64,000 nt of DNA from an uncultured Clostridia bacterium (GTDB lineage Bacteria > Bacillota > Clostridia > Christensenellales > UBA1242), in assembly GCA_944383415.1 (NCBI GenBank), contig CALWPK010000005.1, positions 2,860 through 66,859 of the forward strand, in the 5' to 3' direction. The position numbers and the translations under genes were made by a program. Below, one piece after another: positions 19,571 to 29,813 of the stretch. The notes beneath the pieces were generated by a model. The model was given only the letters and a program-made list of their open reading frames with translations. It was not told the origin of the DNA and made no database searches. The stretch's first letter is position 1, and every line of letters begins with the position of its first letter.

Positions 19571-21340
19571 TTATTTATTCAATGATTTATATAATTCTAA
19601 TTGTTTTTTTATAAAATTAAACGCAATTTCATAAGGCTGGTCGCTTGTCAAATCTATACCTATTTCTTTCAAAACATCAATAGCAGGTCTGTTTGTTCCA
19701 TTTTTCAAAAAGTTGATATATGACTTGTAGAATTCATTATCAGATAAAATCTTGTCCGCTATTGCTATGGCTGTGACCAAACCAGTTGCATAAGTGAATA
19801 CATAAAAAGGAGAGTAGAAATGAGGTACGCACATCCATTCGTATTGCAATTTGTCAGGTATGATCAAGGATTTTCCATAAAATTTTCTATTGAGATCAAG
19901 ATAATAGTTATTCAAATCTTCATAAGTAATAGGTTCATTATTTTCAATCTTTTGGTGGGCGTACAGTTCAAATTCAGTGAAAATTATCTGTCTAAAAATG
20001 GTACTTCTCACGTCATCAAGAAAATGGTGAAGATAGTATGATTTGTCCTTTTTCTTTGCACTATCTGACATATATTGATTAAGCAATATTTCATTGGTCG
20101 TACTTGCAATCTCAGCGGCGAAAATAGAAATGTTCGCTTTTTCATAAGGTTGAGCATTCAAAAAATACTCTGCATTGATACAATGACCTAGTTCGTGACA
20201 TAAAGTTGAGACGGAATTATAATTGTAAATGTAGTTTGTCAAGACTACGGTCTTCGCTCCATAGCAATGCGAACAGTATGCACCCGAATTTTTGTTTTCA
20301 TTAGGAAAATAATCAATAGAATTGTCGTTTAATTTCCTATTCAAATTTTCTAGATATTCTTCACCTAATGGCTTCAAAGCCTTGATTATCATCTCCTTTG
20401 CTTGATCTAGCGAAATTTTCGAATTGTTTTTTGAATCCTCAAAAAGATCGTAGTATGCGAATTTTTTGTTTTTTGAGATTTTAGCACGTGTTTTGCAATA
20501 GTCTTGTAGCAAAGGAATATATTTTTCTGTGAATTTTATTATATTGTCAAACACCGCTTTTGGAATGTCATCTTCTAGTAATACACTTTCTAACAGATTT
20601 GAATAATTGGTCAATTTGGATAAAAATTTATCATATTCAATGTCTTTTAAATACAATTCAGAAAAGGTTTTATTTAGCCTACTGAATGCTGTCATTCGCG
20701 AGTCGAACGCATTTTTTCTAAGAACTCCATCGTTTCCTCGCAAATATTTTGGATAGGTGGAGTTATCTACTTTTTTCAATTTTCCCGTCCCATCCAATGC
20801 GTCATCAAACTTGATTTCAGAATCCACTAAAATGCTGTGGATATTTTCATTATTACCTAAAAAATTGCTCATTTTTGATAACAATTCGTTCGTCTTTTCA
20901 TCTATTTTATGAGGTTTTAACTTTATTATCTCCTTAATCAAATTATCATAATCTGAAAATCTTTTGTCTTGTAATAATGATTTCAAATATTTTTCTGGCA
21001 ATTCATACAATTGCGGGGCAAAATATGAATTCGCTTCGCTCAATCTGGTATATAAGTTGTTGAATCTTTGCTCCAACATCAACATCTTAGTGTCGGACGA
21101 GTCTACATTCAGATTATGCGATATGAAGTGTGCCAATTTCGCTATAGATATGAAATCTTCTTTAAACTTTTCAAGACGTTCATACAATATATTAGAATTT
21201 TGCAATTTTCCCTTATATTTTGGTAGGATTTCGGTCAAATTTTCCATTTTTTTGAAAATTTGGTCAATCTCCTCATCGTTTTTTATATAACTTGATAAGT
21301 CCCACTTATATTCTTCTGATATCTCTTTTCTTTTTCTCAT
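19571..21340 (-). CDS. pepF: Oligoendopeptidase F (peptidase M3B)
   Basis: KWDLS N-terminus, SGAY, HELGH zinc motif, AEIAST.NE and PHFY..FYV..YA. Confidence 0.93.
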   Translation of the reverse strand: MRKRKEISEEYKWDLSSYIKNDEEIDQIFKKMENLTEILPKYKGKLQNSNILYERLEKFKEDFISIAKLAHFISHNLNVDSSDTKMLMLEQRFNNLYTRLSEANSYFAPQLYELPEKYLKSLLQDKRFSDYDNLIKEIIKLKPHKIDEKTNELLSKMSNFLGNNENIHSILVDSEIKFDDALDGTGKLKKVDNSTYPKYLRGNDGVLRKNAFDSRMTAFSRLNKTFSELYLKDIEYDKFLSKLTNYSNLLESVLLEDDIPKAVFDNIIKFTEKYIPLLQDYCKTRAKISKNKKFAYYDLFEDSKNNSKISLDQAKEMIIKALKPLGEEYLENLNRKLNDNSIDYFPNENKNSGAYCSHCYGAKTVVLTNYIYNYNSVSTLCHELGHCINAEYFLNAQPYEKANISIFAAEIASTTNEILLNQYMSDSAKKKDKSYYLHHFLDDVRSTIFRQIIFTEFELYAHQKIENNEPITYEDLNNYYLDLNRKFYGKSLIIPDKLQYEWMCVPHFYSPFYVFTYATGLVTAIAIADKILSDNEFYKSYINFLKNGTNRPAIDVLKEIGIDLTSDQPYEIAFNFIKKQLELYKSLNK

Positions 21341-21450
21341 TTTCACTCCTTAACAATTATTTTAAATTTATTATTATTTTTGTCAAGCAATACGTTTTTA
21401 ATCTTGAAATATAACAAAATTTGCCTATATATTTTTTCATTTTATAAATC

Positions 21451-21479
21451 TTGACATCTTGTGTGGTATATTGTATAAT
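21451..21479 (+). promoter_or_regulatory. Sigma-A promoter
   Basis: Consensus TTGACA-17-TATAAT. Confidence 0.75.
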
Positions 21480-21505
21480 AATATATAATAAATAAGAGGT
21501 GGAGT

Positions 21506-21892
21506 ATGTTAAGAAAAATTGTTTTGATTTTATGCGTTGCGTTCGTTGTAGTTTGCTATGGCTATCCTTGTTTCATTCTTCCTTTTGGCGAATATGTTCG
21601 CACGACAGAAATCGGGAATATTACGACAGAATCGACATACAATTTTGACTGGGATGGCACGGTTACAAAAGAAGATGAATTAGGCATTACAACAAAATAT
21701 TATTATAAATTAAAGGGCAATGAAGTTTTGCTAAGCGTTGATGAAAATTTTGATGATGATGATATTTCAATTAGCATCAATTCATTATACAATATAGACA
21801 ATGGATATTTCAATCAAGTCGGTTATTATGTGGCTATAGGAGTAGGAATCCTTGCATTAGTATTGATTATTACAATTCCAAGAAGAAGTTAA
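21506..21892 (+). CDS. Hypothetical two-TM membrane protein with a small beta-rich external loop
   Basis: Hydrophobic N- and C-termini, GAGGTGGAG RBS, own promoter and terminator. Confidence 0.75.
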   Translation: MLRKIVLILCVAFVVVCYGYPCFILPFGEYVRTTEIGNITTESTYNFDWDGTVTKEDELGITTKYYYKLKGNEVLLSVDENFDDDDISISINSLYNIDNGYFNQVGYYVAIGVGILALVLIITIPRRS

Positions 21893-21912
21893 GCGACAAA
21901 AGTCGCTTTTTT
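21891..21912 (+). terminator. Intrinsic terminator
   Basis: aagcgac-aaaa-gtcgctt followed by a T run. Confidence 0.75.
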
Positions 21913-22116
21913 CATTTTTTGAGGAAATTTATTATATTAATATTATTTTCTTTTAGACATACTTTTAAAGCAGAGAGTAAACAATTCAATTGAATTCATA
22001 TTAATTCTTACATTTTTTTGACTTGATATAAAATTGTAGAAAATTCCACTTGAAAATTGACGAATAATGTGATACACTATTAATTGATTTAATTTAGGAA
22101 AAAATAGAAGGTGGAT

Positions 22117-24933
22117 ATGTTAGAAAATATAGTTGTAAAAGGTGCGAAAGAAAACAATCTAAAAAATGTCGATGTAGTTATCCCAAAAAATAAATTGGTA
22201 GTTTTTTCTGGTGTGAGCGGATGCGGAAAGTCCACTCTCGCTTTTGACACAATCTTTGCCGAAGGACAGAGGAGATATATGGAGAGTTTGTCCAGTTATG
22301 CTAGACAATTTTTGGGGCAGATGAACAAGCCAGATGTAGAAAGCATCGACGGACTTAGTCCAGCGATCTCAATAGATCAAAAGAGCACAAACAACAACCC
22401 ACGTTCTACTGTTGGCACCATCACTGAAATATATGATTATTTAAGGCTTTTGTTTGCTCGAATTGGCAAACCTTATTGCCCAAAATGTGGCAAGTCTATT
22501 AGTGTACAGACCATCGATCAAATAGTGGATAGGATTTTGGAAGTAGAGGACGGGAGCAAGTTACTAGTGATGGCTCCAATTATCAGAGCACAAAAGGGCA
22601 GTCACGAAAAGACTTTGGACGGATTGAGAAAAGATGGATTCGTTCGTGTAATGGCAGACAGTCAGGTATATTCTCTTGATGATGCCATTGTACTTGACAA
22701 AAACAAACGTCACGACATATATGTCATTGTAGATAGATTGGTCAAAAAAGATGGAATAATTTCTCGTCTTACCGAATCTGTGGAGAAATGCCTGCAGATG
22801 GCGGATGGATTAGTAATAATTAATGCAGATGGAGAAGATAAATTATATAGTGTAAAATATAGTTGCGTAGACTGTGGAATTTCTATTCCTGATATTGAAC
22901 CTACACTATTTAGTTTCAACAATCACACAGGTGCTTGTCCAAAATGTGGCGGGTTGGGTTATGTCATAAAAATTGGTGAAAATTCTATAGTTAAAAATGA
23001 TAGATTGTCTATAAATGAAGGTGCTTTGGCGGTAATGGGTTTCAATATTGACACCACAGGAATTACAAAGCGTGCATTGCAAAAATTAGGTAAAAAATAT
23101 AATTTTACGCTCGATATGCCATATTATAAGATTCCTAAAGAGGCTAGGAACGTCTTGATCAATGGAGAAAGCGGAGATAAGGATCTAATTGCACCAAATT
23201 TGCATCAATATTGCACGCAAAAAGATGCTTTGTTTATGGGAATTATACCTGACCTTTTGAGGAGATTTCAGGAATCTCAAAGCGAATATGTCAAGGAAGA
23301 GATATATAAATTGATGAGTGAGGATACTTGCCCAGAGTGCTTGGGTAAGAGACTCAATCCAAGTGCATTGTCAATAAAAATAAACAAGAAAAACATCGCA
23401 GAATTATGCGATATGTCTATCACAAAATTATATAGATTCATTACATCCTTAGAATTGAGCAAAACTGATCAAATGATTGCGGAAAGCATAATCAAAGAGA
23501 TAACTTCTAGACTATCATTTCTCATTAATGTAGGATTGACATATTTAACATTGTCAAGACGCGCAGGTACTCTTTCAGGTGGAGAGTCGCAACGCATACG
23601 TTTGGCGACACAGATTGGCAGTGGACTAAGTGGTGTGCTGTATATCTTAGACGAGCCTAGCATTGGTTTGCATCAACGAGATAACGATAGATTAATTGAT
23701 ACTCTCAAAAATTTGCGAGATCTTGGCAACACGCTCATCGTCGTGGAGCACGATGAGGACACGATTAGAGAGGCGGACTATCTGGTAGATATAGGTCCTT
23801 TTGCCGGCACCAACGGAGGAGAGGTGGTTGCGTGTGGAAGTGTGCAAGATCTTATGAACAATCCTAGATCTATTACAGGAAAATTCTTATCAGGCGAAAT
23901 GAAAATCGAAGTTCCTGAAAAAAGGCGAGAAACGAACAAGGGCTATATTAGACTGCTTGGTTGTAGGGAGCATAATATTGAAGATCTGGATGTAGCCATT
24001 CCGCGAGGAGTCCTCACGTGTATAACAGGAGTGAGCGGTAGCGGAAAGTCTACGTTGGTCAATGATATTTTCTATCGGGCATTGTTCAACAAACTCAATA
24101 GACGTGACCAAGACAAAAATTTGATGGATATATTGGGCATTGAAGGAATTGACAAAGTGATTCAAATAGATCAGACTCCGATCGGACGGACTCCTAGAAG
24201 CAATCCTGCCACATACTCTGGCGTGTTTACAAAAATCAGAGAACTTTTTGCCTCAACTCCGCAAGCGAAAGAAAAAGGCTTCGATCTAGGTAAATTTAGT
24301 TTCAATGTTGAGGGCGGACGCTGTGAGGCATGCTCGGGTGATGGAGTGAAAAGGCTCAGGATGTATTTTATGCCAGATGTGTTCGTGTCGTGTGAAGTCT
24401 GTGGCGGAAAACGATATTCAAGAGAGGTCTTAGAAGTCAAATATAAGGGGAAATCTATTTATGACGTGCTTGAGATGACTATTGATGAGGCGTATGAATT
24501 CTTCGATGCACTACCTCAAATCAAAAGCAAGTTACAGACATTAGTCGATGTAGGATTGGGCTATATCAAATTAGGTCAGAGTGCTACCACATTATCAGGC
24601 GGAGAGGCACAGAGATTGAAATTGGCAACCGAATTGACCAAACGTGACACGGGCAATACAGTTTACATTTTGGACGAACCTACCACAGGTCTACATTCTT
24701 ACGATGTGAAAAGATTGGTGGACATTTTGCAAAGATTAGTAGGCAATGGAAATACAGTCGTTGTGATAGAACACAATTTGGACATAGTCAAGACCGCTGA
24801 TTATATCATAGATATGGGACCAGAGGGCGGTGAAGGTGGCGGAAAAATTGTGGCTACAGGCACACCTGAAGAGGTTGCAAAAGTGAAAGCGAGTTATACT
24901 GGGATGTATTTGAAGAAAATGTTGAAAAAGTAG
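22117..24933 (+). CDS. uvrA: Excinuclease ABC subunit A
   Basis: Two ABC modules (GVSGCGKS and GVSGSGKS, LSGGE twice, LDEP), zinc fingers and EGQRRY. The start is ATG 22117 or GTG 22111. Confidence 0.99.
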   Translation: MLENIVVKGAKENNLKNVDVVIPKNKLVVFSGVSGCGKSTLAFDTIFAEGQRRYMESLSSYARQFLGQMNKPDVESIDGLSPAISIDQKSTNNNPRSTVGTITEIYDYLRLLFARIGKPYCPKCGKSISVQTIDQIVDRILEVEDGSKLLVMAPIIRAQKGSHEKTLDGLRKDGFVRVMADSQVYSLDDAIVLDKNKRHDIYVIVDRLVKKDGIISRLTESVEKCLQMADGLVIINADGEDKLYSVKYSCVDCGISIPDIEPTLFSFNNHTGACPKCGGLGYVIKIGENSIVKNDRLSINEGALAVMGFNIDTTGITKRALQKLGKKYNFTLDMPYYKIPKEARNVLINGESGDKDLIAPNLHQYCTQKDALFMGIIPDLLRRFQESQSEYVKEEIYKLMSEDTCPECLGKRLNPSALSIKINKKNIAELCDMSITKLYRFITSLELSKTDQMIAESIIKEITSRLSFLINVGLTYLTLSRRAGTLSGGESQRIRLATQIGSGLSGVLYILDEPSIGLHQRDNDRLIDTLKNLRDLGNTLIVVEHDEDTIREADYLVDIGPFAGTNGGEVVACGSVQDLMNNPRSITGKFLSGEMKIEVPEKRRETNKGYIRLLGCREHNIEDLDVAIPRGVLTCITGVSGSGKSTLVNDIFYRALFNKLNRRDQDKNLMDILGIEGIDKVIQIDQTPIGRTPRSNPATYSGVFTKIRELFASTPQAKEKGFDLGKFSFNVEGGRCEACSGDGVKRLRMYFMPDVFVSCEVCGGKRYSREVLEVKYKGKSIYDVLEMTIDEAYEFFDALPQIKSKLQTLVDVGLGYIKLGQSATTLSGGEAQRLKLATELTKRDTGNTVYILDEPTTGLHSYDVKRLVDILQRLVGNGNTVVVIEHNLDIVKTADYIIDMGPEGGEGGGKIVATGTPEEVAKVKASYTGMYLKKMLKK

Positions 24934-24943
24934 GTATAGATAT

Positions 24944-25261
24944 ATGGAAAAAGAACTAAAAAAATGCTATCATTATATGGATTTAAGATATGATTCTACT
25001 ATTGAAGAGATTAAATCGAGGCAAAAAATTATGATCAAGATTTTTCGAGCAAAGAGCGTAAAGAGCGGAAAATCTTACAAAAATGAAATAGCAAAAGTAA
25101 ATAATTTCACCAGCAAAATTTTGGCTAATATTAAACAAAATGGAATACCAAAAGCGAGTTTTTTCAATTTTTCTTCGACAGTTAATGAAGTGGCAACGCT
25201 TACTTTTGTCTTGATAATTATGATCATCATTTGTACTGTCACATTCTTGACTTTGATGTAA
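24944..25261 (+). CDS. Small J-domain-like protein lacking HPD, with a C-terminal TM
   Basis: CY..MDL...ST.EEIK.R.K.M.K helix pattern and hydrophobic C-terminus; starts 10 nt after uvrA. Confidence 0.5.
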   Translation: MEKELKKCYHYMDLRYDSTIEEIKSRQKIMIKIFRAKSVKSGKSYKNEIAKVNNFTSKILANIKQNGIPKASFFNFSSTVNEVATLTFVLIIMIIICTVTFLTLM

Positions 25262-25373
25262 TATTAATGAATAAAAAAGTGAACATAAAAAATAAGAAAA
25301 ATATCCAATGTTCACCCAAATCAATATTAATCCTTTTAATTGTTTATTTTGAGGGAATTTAAAATAATTATTT

Positions 25374-25760
25374 TTATACTAAATTCAAAATATTAATTCC
25401 TGTAGTTTGATTCAGTCCTACAATATTGTAATTCAATAAGCGAGAATACGTCACAGCATCCTCTTGACTTTCATTTATTATTGAGGAGCATAAATATTGG
25501 AGATAATCGGATATAGGTTGCAGATCTTTTCTTGAAATAGAGATGCACAATATATCCATTTTTTCTGTCCAATATTCGTTCAAATTTATTATATCGTTTT
25601 GAATTTTTGGATCTGTTATTTCAGTTGTTAGCAACGTTTCATATATTTTTTCACTATCATTTTCTAGTTTTTCAAAAACTTTTTGCGTATAAATTCCATC
25701 CCAAATACATAATCCTGTAACGGCAAGGAACAAAATTAAAATCGGTATCCAAACTTTCAT
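25374..25760 (-). CDS. DUF4363-like protein
   Basis: N-terminal TM, W.....L...I....L..I pattern, overlaps the upstream DUF421 gene (a familiar pairing). Confidence 0.65.
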   Translation of the reverse strand: MKVWIPILILFLAVTGLCIWDGIYTQKVFEKLENDSEKIYETLLTTEITDPKIQNDIINLNEYWTEKMDILCISISRKDLQPISDYLQYLCSSIINESQEDAVTYSRLLNYNIVGLNQTTGINILNLV

Positions 25761-26473
25761 AATTTTACTTCCTTTTTGATGTTTTCTATCAATTTGAAAT
25801 TCTCGCCTTTCTTTTGATAGTAGGTTTTTCCTTCGCTATCGACTGATAAAATTATCAAATCTTTTATGGTTTCTATTTTTAAATATTTCAAAATTTTGTT
25901 TAAATCGTCATCGTTCATACTTAATTGATCCATCTCTTCCTTTATAATTTTACCATCAGAAATGATAACGTGAGGGAGGTGTGCGGGAGGATTTGTTACG
26001 TTCACATCTTTTGCTGTAGCGGGAGAATTTTCGCTAGTAGGTATGACGCTCATTTTTCCATTGGTTTCTATGATTGCGTATAAAATTTGATCAAAACTAT
26101 AGAAGCCTGCCTGTCTAATTGATTCCAGCAAATCATCAATATTCATATTAAGGTCTTTGAGTGCCTTATATTCAATTCCTTTTGGACTTATTACAACAAC
26201 GGGTCGTCCGCTCATAAATCTTCGAATTTTAATATTTTTCCTTGTTAATATCGTGATAAAAAAATGTATTAGCACCAAGATTGCAAGAGGTAAAATTCCA
26301 TTAATCAAAGGAATATTTGTATCACTCATTGGCAAAGTGGCCAAATCGGCAATGATCAATGTTATAACTACTTCATAGGGTTGCATTTCGCCAATTTGAC
26401 GTTTGCCCATCAATCTTAGGAATACTAAAACTGCAATATAAATTATTAATACTCTGATAAAAATTATGAACAT
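25757..26473 (-). CDS. DUF421 / YetF-family membrane protein
   Basis: LRLMGKRQIGEMQPYE and AIIETNG.MSV motifs. Confidence 0.9.
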   Translation of the reverse strand: MFIIFIRVLIIYIAVLVFLRLMGKRQIGEMQPYEVVITLIIADLATLPMSDTNIPLINGILPLAILVLIHFFITILTRKNIKIRRFMSGRPVVVISPKGIEYKALKDLNMNIDDLLESIRQAGFYSFDQILYAIIETNGKMSVIPTSENSPATAKDVNVTNPPAHLPHVIISDGKIIKEEMDQLSMNDDDLNKILKYLKIETIKDLIILSVDSEGKTYYQKKGENFKLIENIKKEVKL

Positions 26474-26589
26474 ACAATAAGTATGTTCAGAGAAACTAAA
26501 TTTATACTTTTTATTTAATATCGTTTTTGATATATCTTAGACTATATTTAGTATTGTATAAAATATAAAAATTTCAAAAATTTGCTACT

Positions 26590-28101
26590 TTAAATAGTAT
26601 TTTTACGTTTTTTCTTAATTAAACCTATTAATTTTGAAATATCATATAGATTAAATGTCTTGCTCAATAATAAAGTAAATAAAATGCTTATACCGCCACC
26701 AATGCAGGCTGAGATAAAATTATTGAAGAAATTTAAACATATATTCGAAACAAAATGACCTAATAAACTTGTAGGTATGATAATCAAAGCGTACTTAAAT
26801 GTCAAATTAAATAAATTGAATTTGATGTTCGGTACAGATTTCTTTATCATCCTGATGTTAAGTGTCGTGATCGTCAGCATTGACAGGAAGAAAGATATAA
26901 TGATTGAATTTATGCCTACAAGTGGGGTGAAGGCAATCAGACTAACAAATAAAACCACAGAACCTATGATATAATTGAAAAATGACTTTACTTCTTTGTT
27001 CAGGGCGTTGAGGATGCTACCAGTAAGGTTGCACAACGTGATAGGTAGTACGCATATTGCAGAAAGTTGAAGCAACACACCTGATAGACTATTGTCATAC
27101 AAGACAATTCCTATCAAATCTCCAACGGAGAGATATAGTGGAATAAAAATCATACTTATAAATATTGATACATCAAGTGATTTTGTGACATTTTCTTGAA
27201 TCGAATCATATTGATTTTTTGTCATCATTGAACTAATTGAAGGGATTAGTACCATACTGATGCTACCAATTATTGCCATTGGCACAAATAGCATAGGGAA
27301 AGTCATCCCCATTATCACGCCAAAACTAGAGACCGCTTCACTCGTGGAGTAGCCTGATAAAATCAGCATATTAGGGATGATGAGAGTTGTCAAAGGTTGT
27401 ACGAGCGAGTTGGCAAGGCGCACGCCCGTGATAGGAGTGGCACTTTTCAAAATGTTGCGATATTGACCTTTTTTGAAATTTAGTTTACCTTTTCTAAAAT
27501 AAATGAAAACTGTAATTAAGGCAGACAGCAAACAAGTCAAATTAAACGCGATTGCAGAATACTTTGTTGCTACGAAATAATCTGCGATAGTGAAAAGCAT
27601 AATGAATGTAAGAGCGAAGCGAATTATTTGTTCAATCAACTCTGTCAATCCACAATTGAAATAATCGTTTTGTCCCCACATCGCACCACGAAACACTGCG
27701 TATATGGCACTACAAATAATAGACGGCAAGAGTATTATCAATAATTCCACAGCCCTACTGTCTGTCAAAATAATACCCCATAGAGACTTCAACAAATAAA
27801 CGACCAAAGAAGAAATGACTGCGATCACAAGGGCGATGATAAGGGCGGAGCCAACGACTTTGTTTCTCTTTTTTAGTTCGGACTTTGTTTCATATTTTGA
27901 CACTAGTTTTGCAGTTGTCAAAGGTAGTCCACTAGATATAAGTGTTGTGAAAATTCCTAGAACAGATGTTGCCATTTGAAATAGACCGATCCCTTCCGCA
28001 CCCAATTTTCTCGTGAGATATATTCTAAAAAAGAAGCCCAAGAAACGCGTAATTACGGAAAATATTGTGACAATAGCCACTGCTTTAAACATTGATTTCA
28101 T
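26590..28101 (-). CDS. spoVB: SpoVB/MurJ-family (MOP) flippase
   Basis: R.LGFFFRIYL.R.LGAEGIGLFQM, SGLP, EQIIR and P+P+T motifs with ~14 TMs. Likely start at ATG 28101. Confidence 0.8.
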   Translation of the reverse strand: MKSMFKAVAIVTIFSVITRFLGFFFRIYLTRKLGAEGIGLFQMATSVLGIFTTLISSGLPLTTAKLVSKYETKSELKKRNKVVGSALIIALVIAVISSLVVYLLKSLWGIILTDSRAVELLIILLPSIICSAIYAVFRGAMWGQNDYFNCGLTELIEQIIRFALTFIMLFTIADYFVATKYSAIAFNLTCLLSALITVFIYFRKGKLNFKKGQYRNILKSATPITGVRLANSLVQPLTTLIIPNMLILSGYSTSEAVSSFGVIMGMTFPMLFVPMAIIGSISMVLIPSISSMMTKNQYDSIQENVTKSLDVSIFISMIFIPLYLSVGDLIGIVLYDNSLSGVLLQLSAICVLPITLCNLTGSILNALNKEVKSFFNYIIGSVVLFVSLIAFTPLVGINSIIISFFLSMLTITTLNIRMIKKSVPNIKFNLFNLTFKYALIIIPTSLLGHFVSNICLNFFNNFISACIGGGISILFTLLLSKTFNLYDISKLIGLIKKKRKNTI

Positions 28102-28340
28102 ATATAATATCCTATATAAATATATAAAAATGAGAAAAAATATATACCAAGATAAAATTTTAAATTTTTTTGAATTTACTATATTCATTTAGAATTCAAA
28201 AAAAACATTTTAATCGTTATAAATTCCTATCAAAGAGTTTTGTTTGTCTATATGTATTGATTATTATTTCATATAGTTTGGGATTGAAAAAATATATGTG
28301 TTCACAAAAAAGATATTTTTGAATATATATATTAATAGAT

Positions 28341-28655
28341 ATGGAACCAATTCTAGCTGAAGAATTTTTATACAGAGTAAAGGATAATGACACTATAAAA
28401 GACTTGTGTTCAAAATTTAACACAAGCAAGTCAAATATCGTTAGAAACAACGATGATATAGATTTGTACACGGGCGAATGGATCAAGGTTAAGGTCAATG
28501 ATTATATCTCGCATTTTGTGAAGCCTATGGAAAGCCTATCAAAAATTGCTGAAATTTATGATGTATCAGTCAAAAAACTGAAATCGGATAATGATTTATC
28601 TGAAAACCGATTGTATATAGGACAATTGATAAAGATATATAAGCCAAAAGACTAG
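28341..28655 (+). CDS. Tandem LysM-domain protein
   Basis: YRVK.NDT...L..KF and HFVKP.ESL.KIA..Y.V...L..DN.L...LYIGQ.IKI. Confidence 0.88.
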   Translation: MEPILAEEFLYRVKDNDTIKDLCSKFNTSKSNIVRNNDDIDLYTGEWIKVKVNDYISHFVKPMESLSKIAEIYDVSVKKLKSDNDLSENRLYIGQLIKIYKPKD

Positions 28656-28812
28656 ATAAAAAAATATTGATACGCCGACTTGATATATTCAAAAATTTAA
28701 TTTTTTATTATTATTCATTATTTTTCAACTATATCGCTCAAACGAACAATTCTTAGACAAAAATCTTGAAAATTCAATCAAAATGATATATAATTAACGT
28801 ATCGGAGCGCAA

Positions 28813-29544
28813 ATGAAAGCAAAAAAATTATTGAGTACCATCAATCAATATAAGAAATTCAAATCACTACCGCAAAATGATTTTAGTTATAATTATTTTT
28901 TGAGTCAGAAAGAAGAAATGAAAAAAGCGCATATCAATTTTGTGAAACTCAGTGACTTTGTATCTCAGATAATGAAGTCAGATAATTTAGATATTCTAGT
29001 TGATACTTTTGAAACGGTTGATGAAAATTGCATATATAAAAGCGAAAAACACGGCATAAAACACAATATCAGAGTGTCTTTGTATGCCTTTTATCTATCA
29101 GATAAATTAAAGTTGGACAGGTCAGATGTGAAAACTTTGTTGTACGCTTGTATGTACCACGACATCGGTAGGGTAAACGATAATGAAGATTTGGCTCACG
29201 GGGCAAGAAGTGCACGGCTAGTTGATAAACTTGATTTGCAGATTAGCGAAGAAGAACGACGAATTCTAAAAACTATTATCACTTGCCACTCGCTACCAGA
29301 CGATCGTTTTTCTATAGAGTCGAAAAAACATTGTTTCGACTGTTATGAGAGGTGTGAAACATTATTCAAATTATTAAAGGATTCGGATGCCCTAGATAGA
29401 ACAAGATTAGAATATCCTTATATAGAAATGTCATATCTTAGATGTGAAGAATCAAAAACTTTGATTGCTTTGAGTTATCTTTTAGAATTCAATCTAAGAA
29501 AAAGACTGAATTTTCTAGATTCATCACTTATGTTGGTCATCTAA
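28813..29544 (+). CDS. HD-domain metal-dependent phosphohydrolase
   Basis: HG..H..RV, YHDIGR, HG..SA, CH and D.DALDR; TTGAAA-17-TATAAT promoter at 28766-28794. Confidence 0.85.
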   Translation: MKAKKLLSTINQYKKFKSLPQNDFSYNYFLSQKEEMKKAHINFVKLSDFVSQIMKSDNLDILVDTFETVDENCIYKSEKHGIKHNIRVSLYAFYLSDKLKLDRSDVKTLLYACMYHDIGRVNDNEDLAHGARSARLVDKLDLQISEEERRILKTIITCHSLPDDRFSIESKKHCFDCYERCETLFKLLKDSDALDRTRLEYPYIEMSYLRCEESKTLIALSYLLEFNLRKRLNFLDSSLMLVI

Positions 29545-29771
29545 ATTTTTAATCATAAAAAAATTTTCTAAAATATGAAAATTATCAATCAATTACATAT
29601 AATAAATACGCATCGCAAAATGGTCAAATTTTAGAGATTTTTCAATGTTTGCGATAAAATTACTTTTCTATTAATTTTTTGAAGGATGCGAATATGGCAA
29701 ATGACAAAATTAAATTTTAGTGAAATAAAGTTTATATGAAAAATTTTGGGATCGCAATTGATTGATATAAC

Positions 29772-29804
29772 AAAAAAGCACGGGTACTATCCGTGCTCTT
29801 TTTT
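29772..29804. terminator. Bidirectional intrinsic terminator
   Basis: A6-gcacgg-loop-ccgtgc-T run between convergent genes. Confidence 0.75.
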
Positions 29805-29813
29805 CGTGCCTTT

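Noticed and set aside
21913-22116. LexA SOS boxes upstream of uvrA or the uvrB operon
   Set aside because: No GAAC-N4-GTTC was found in either upstream region.
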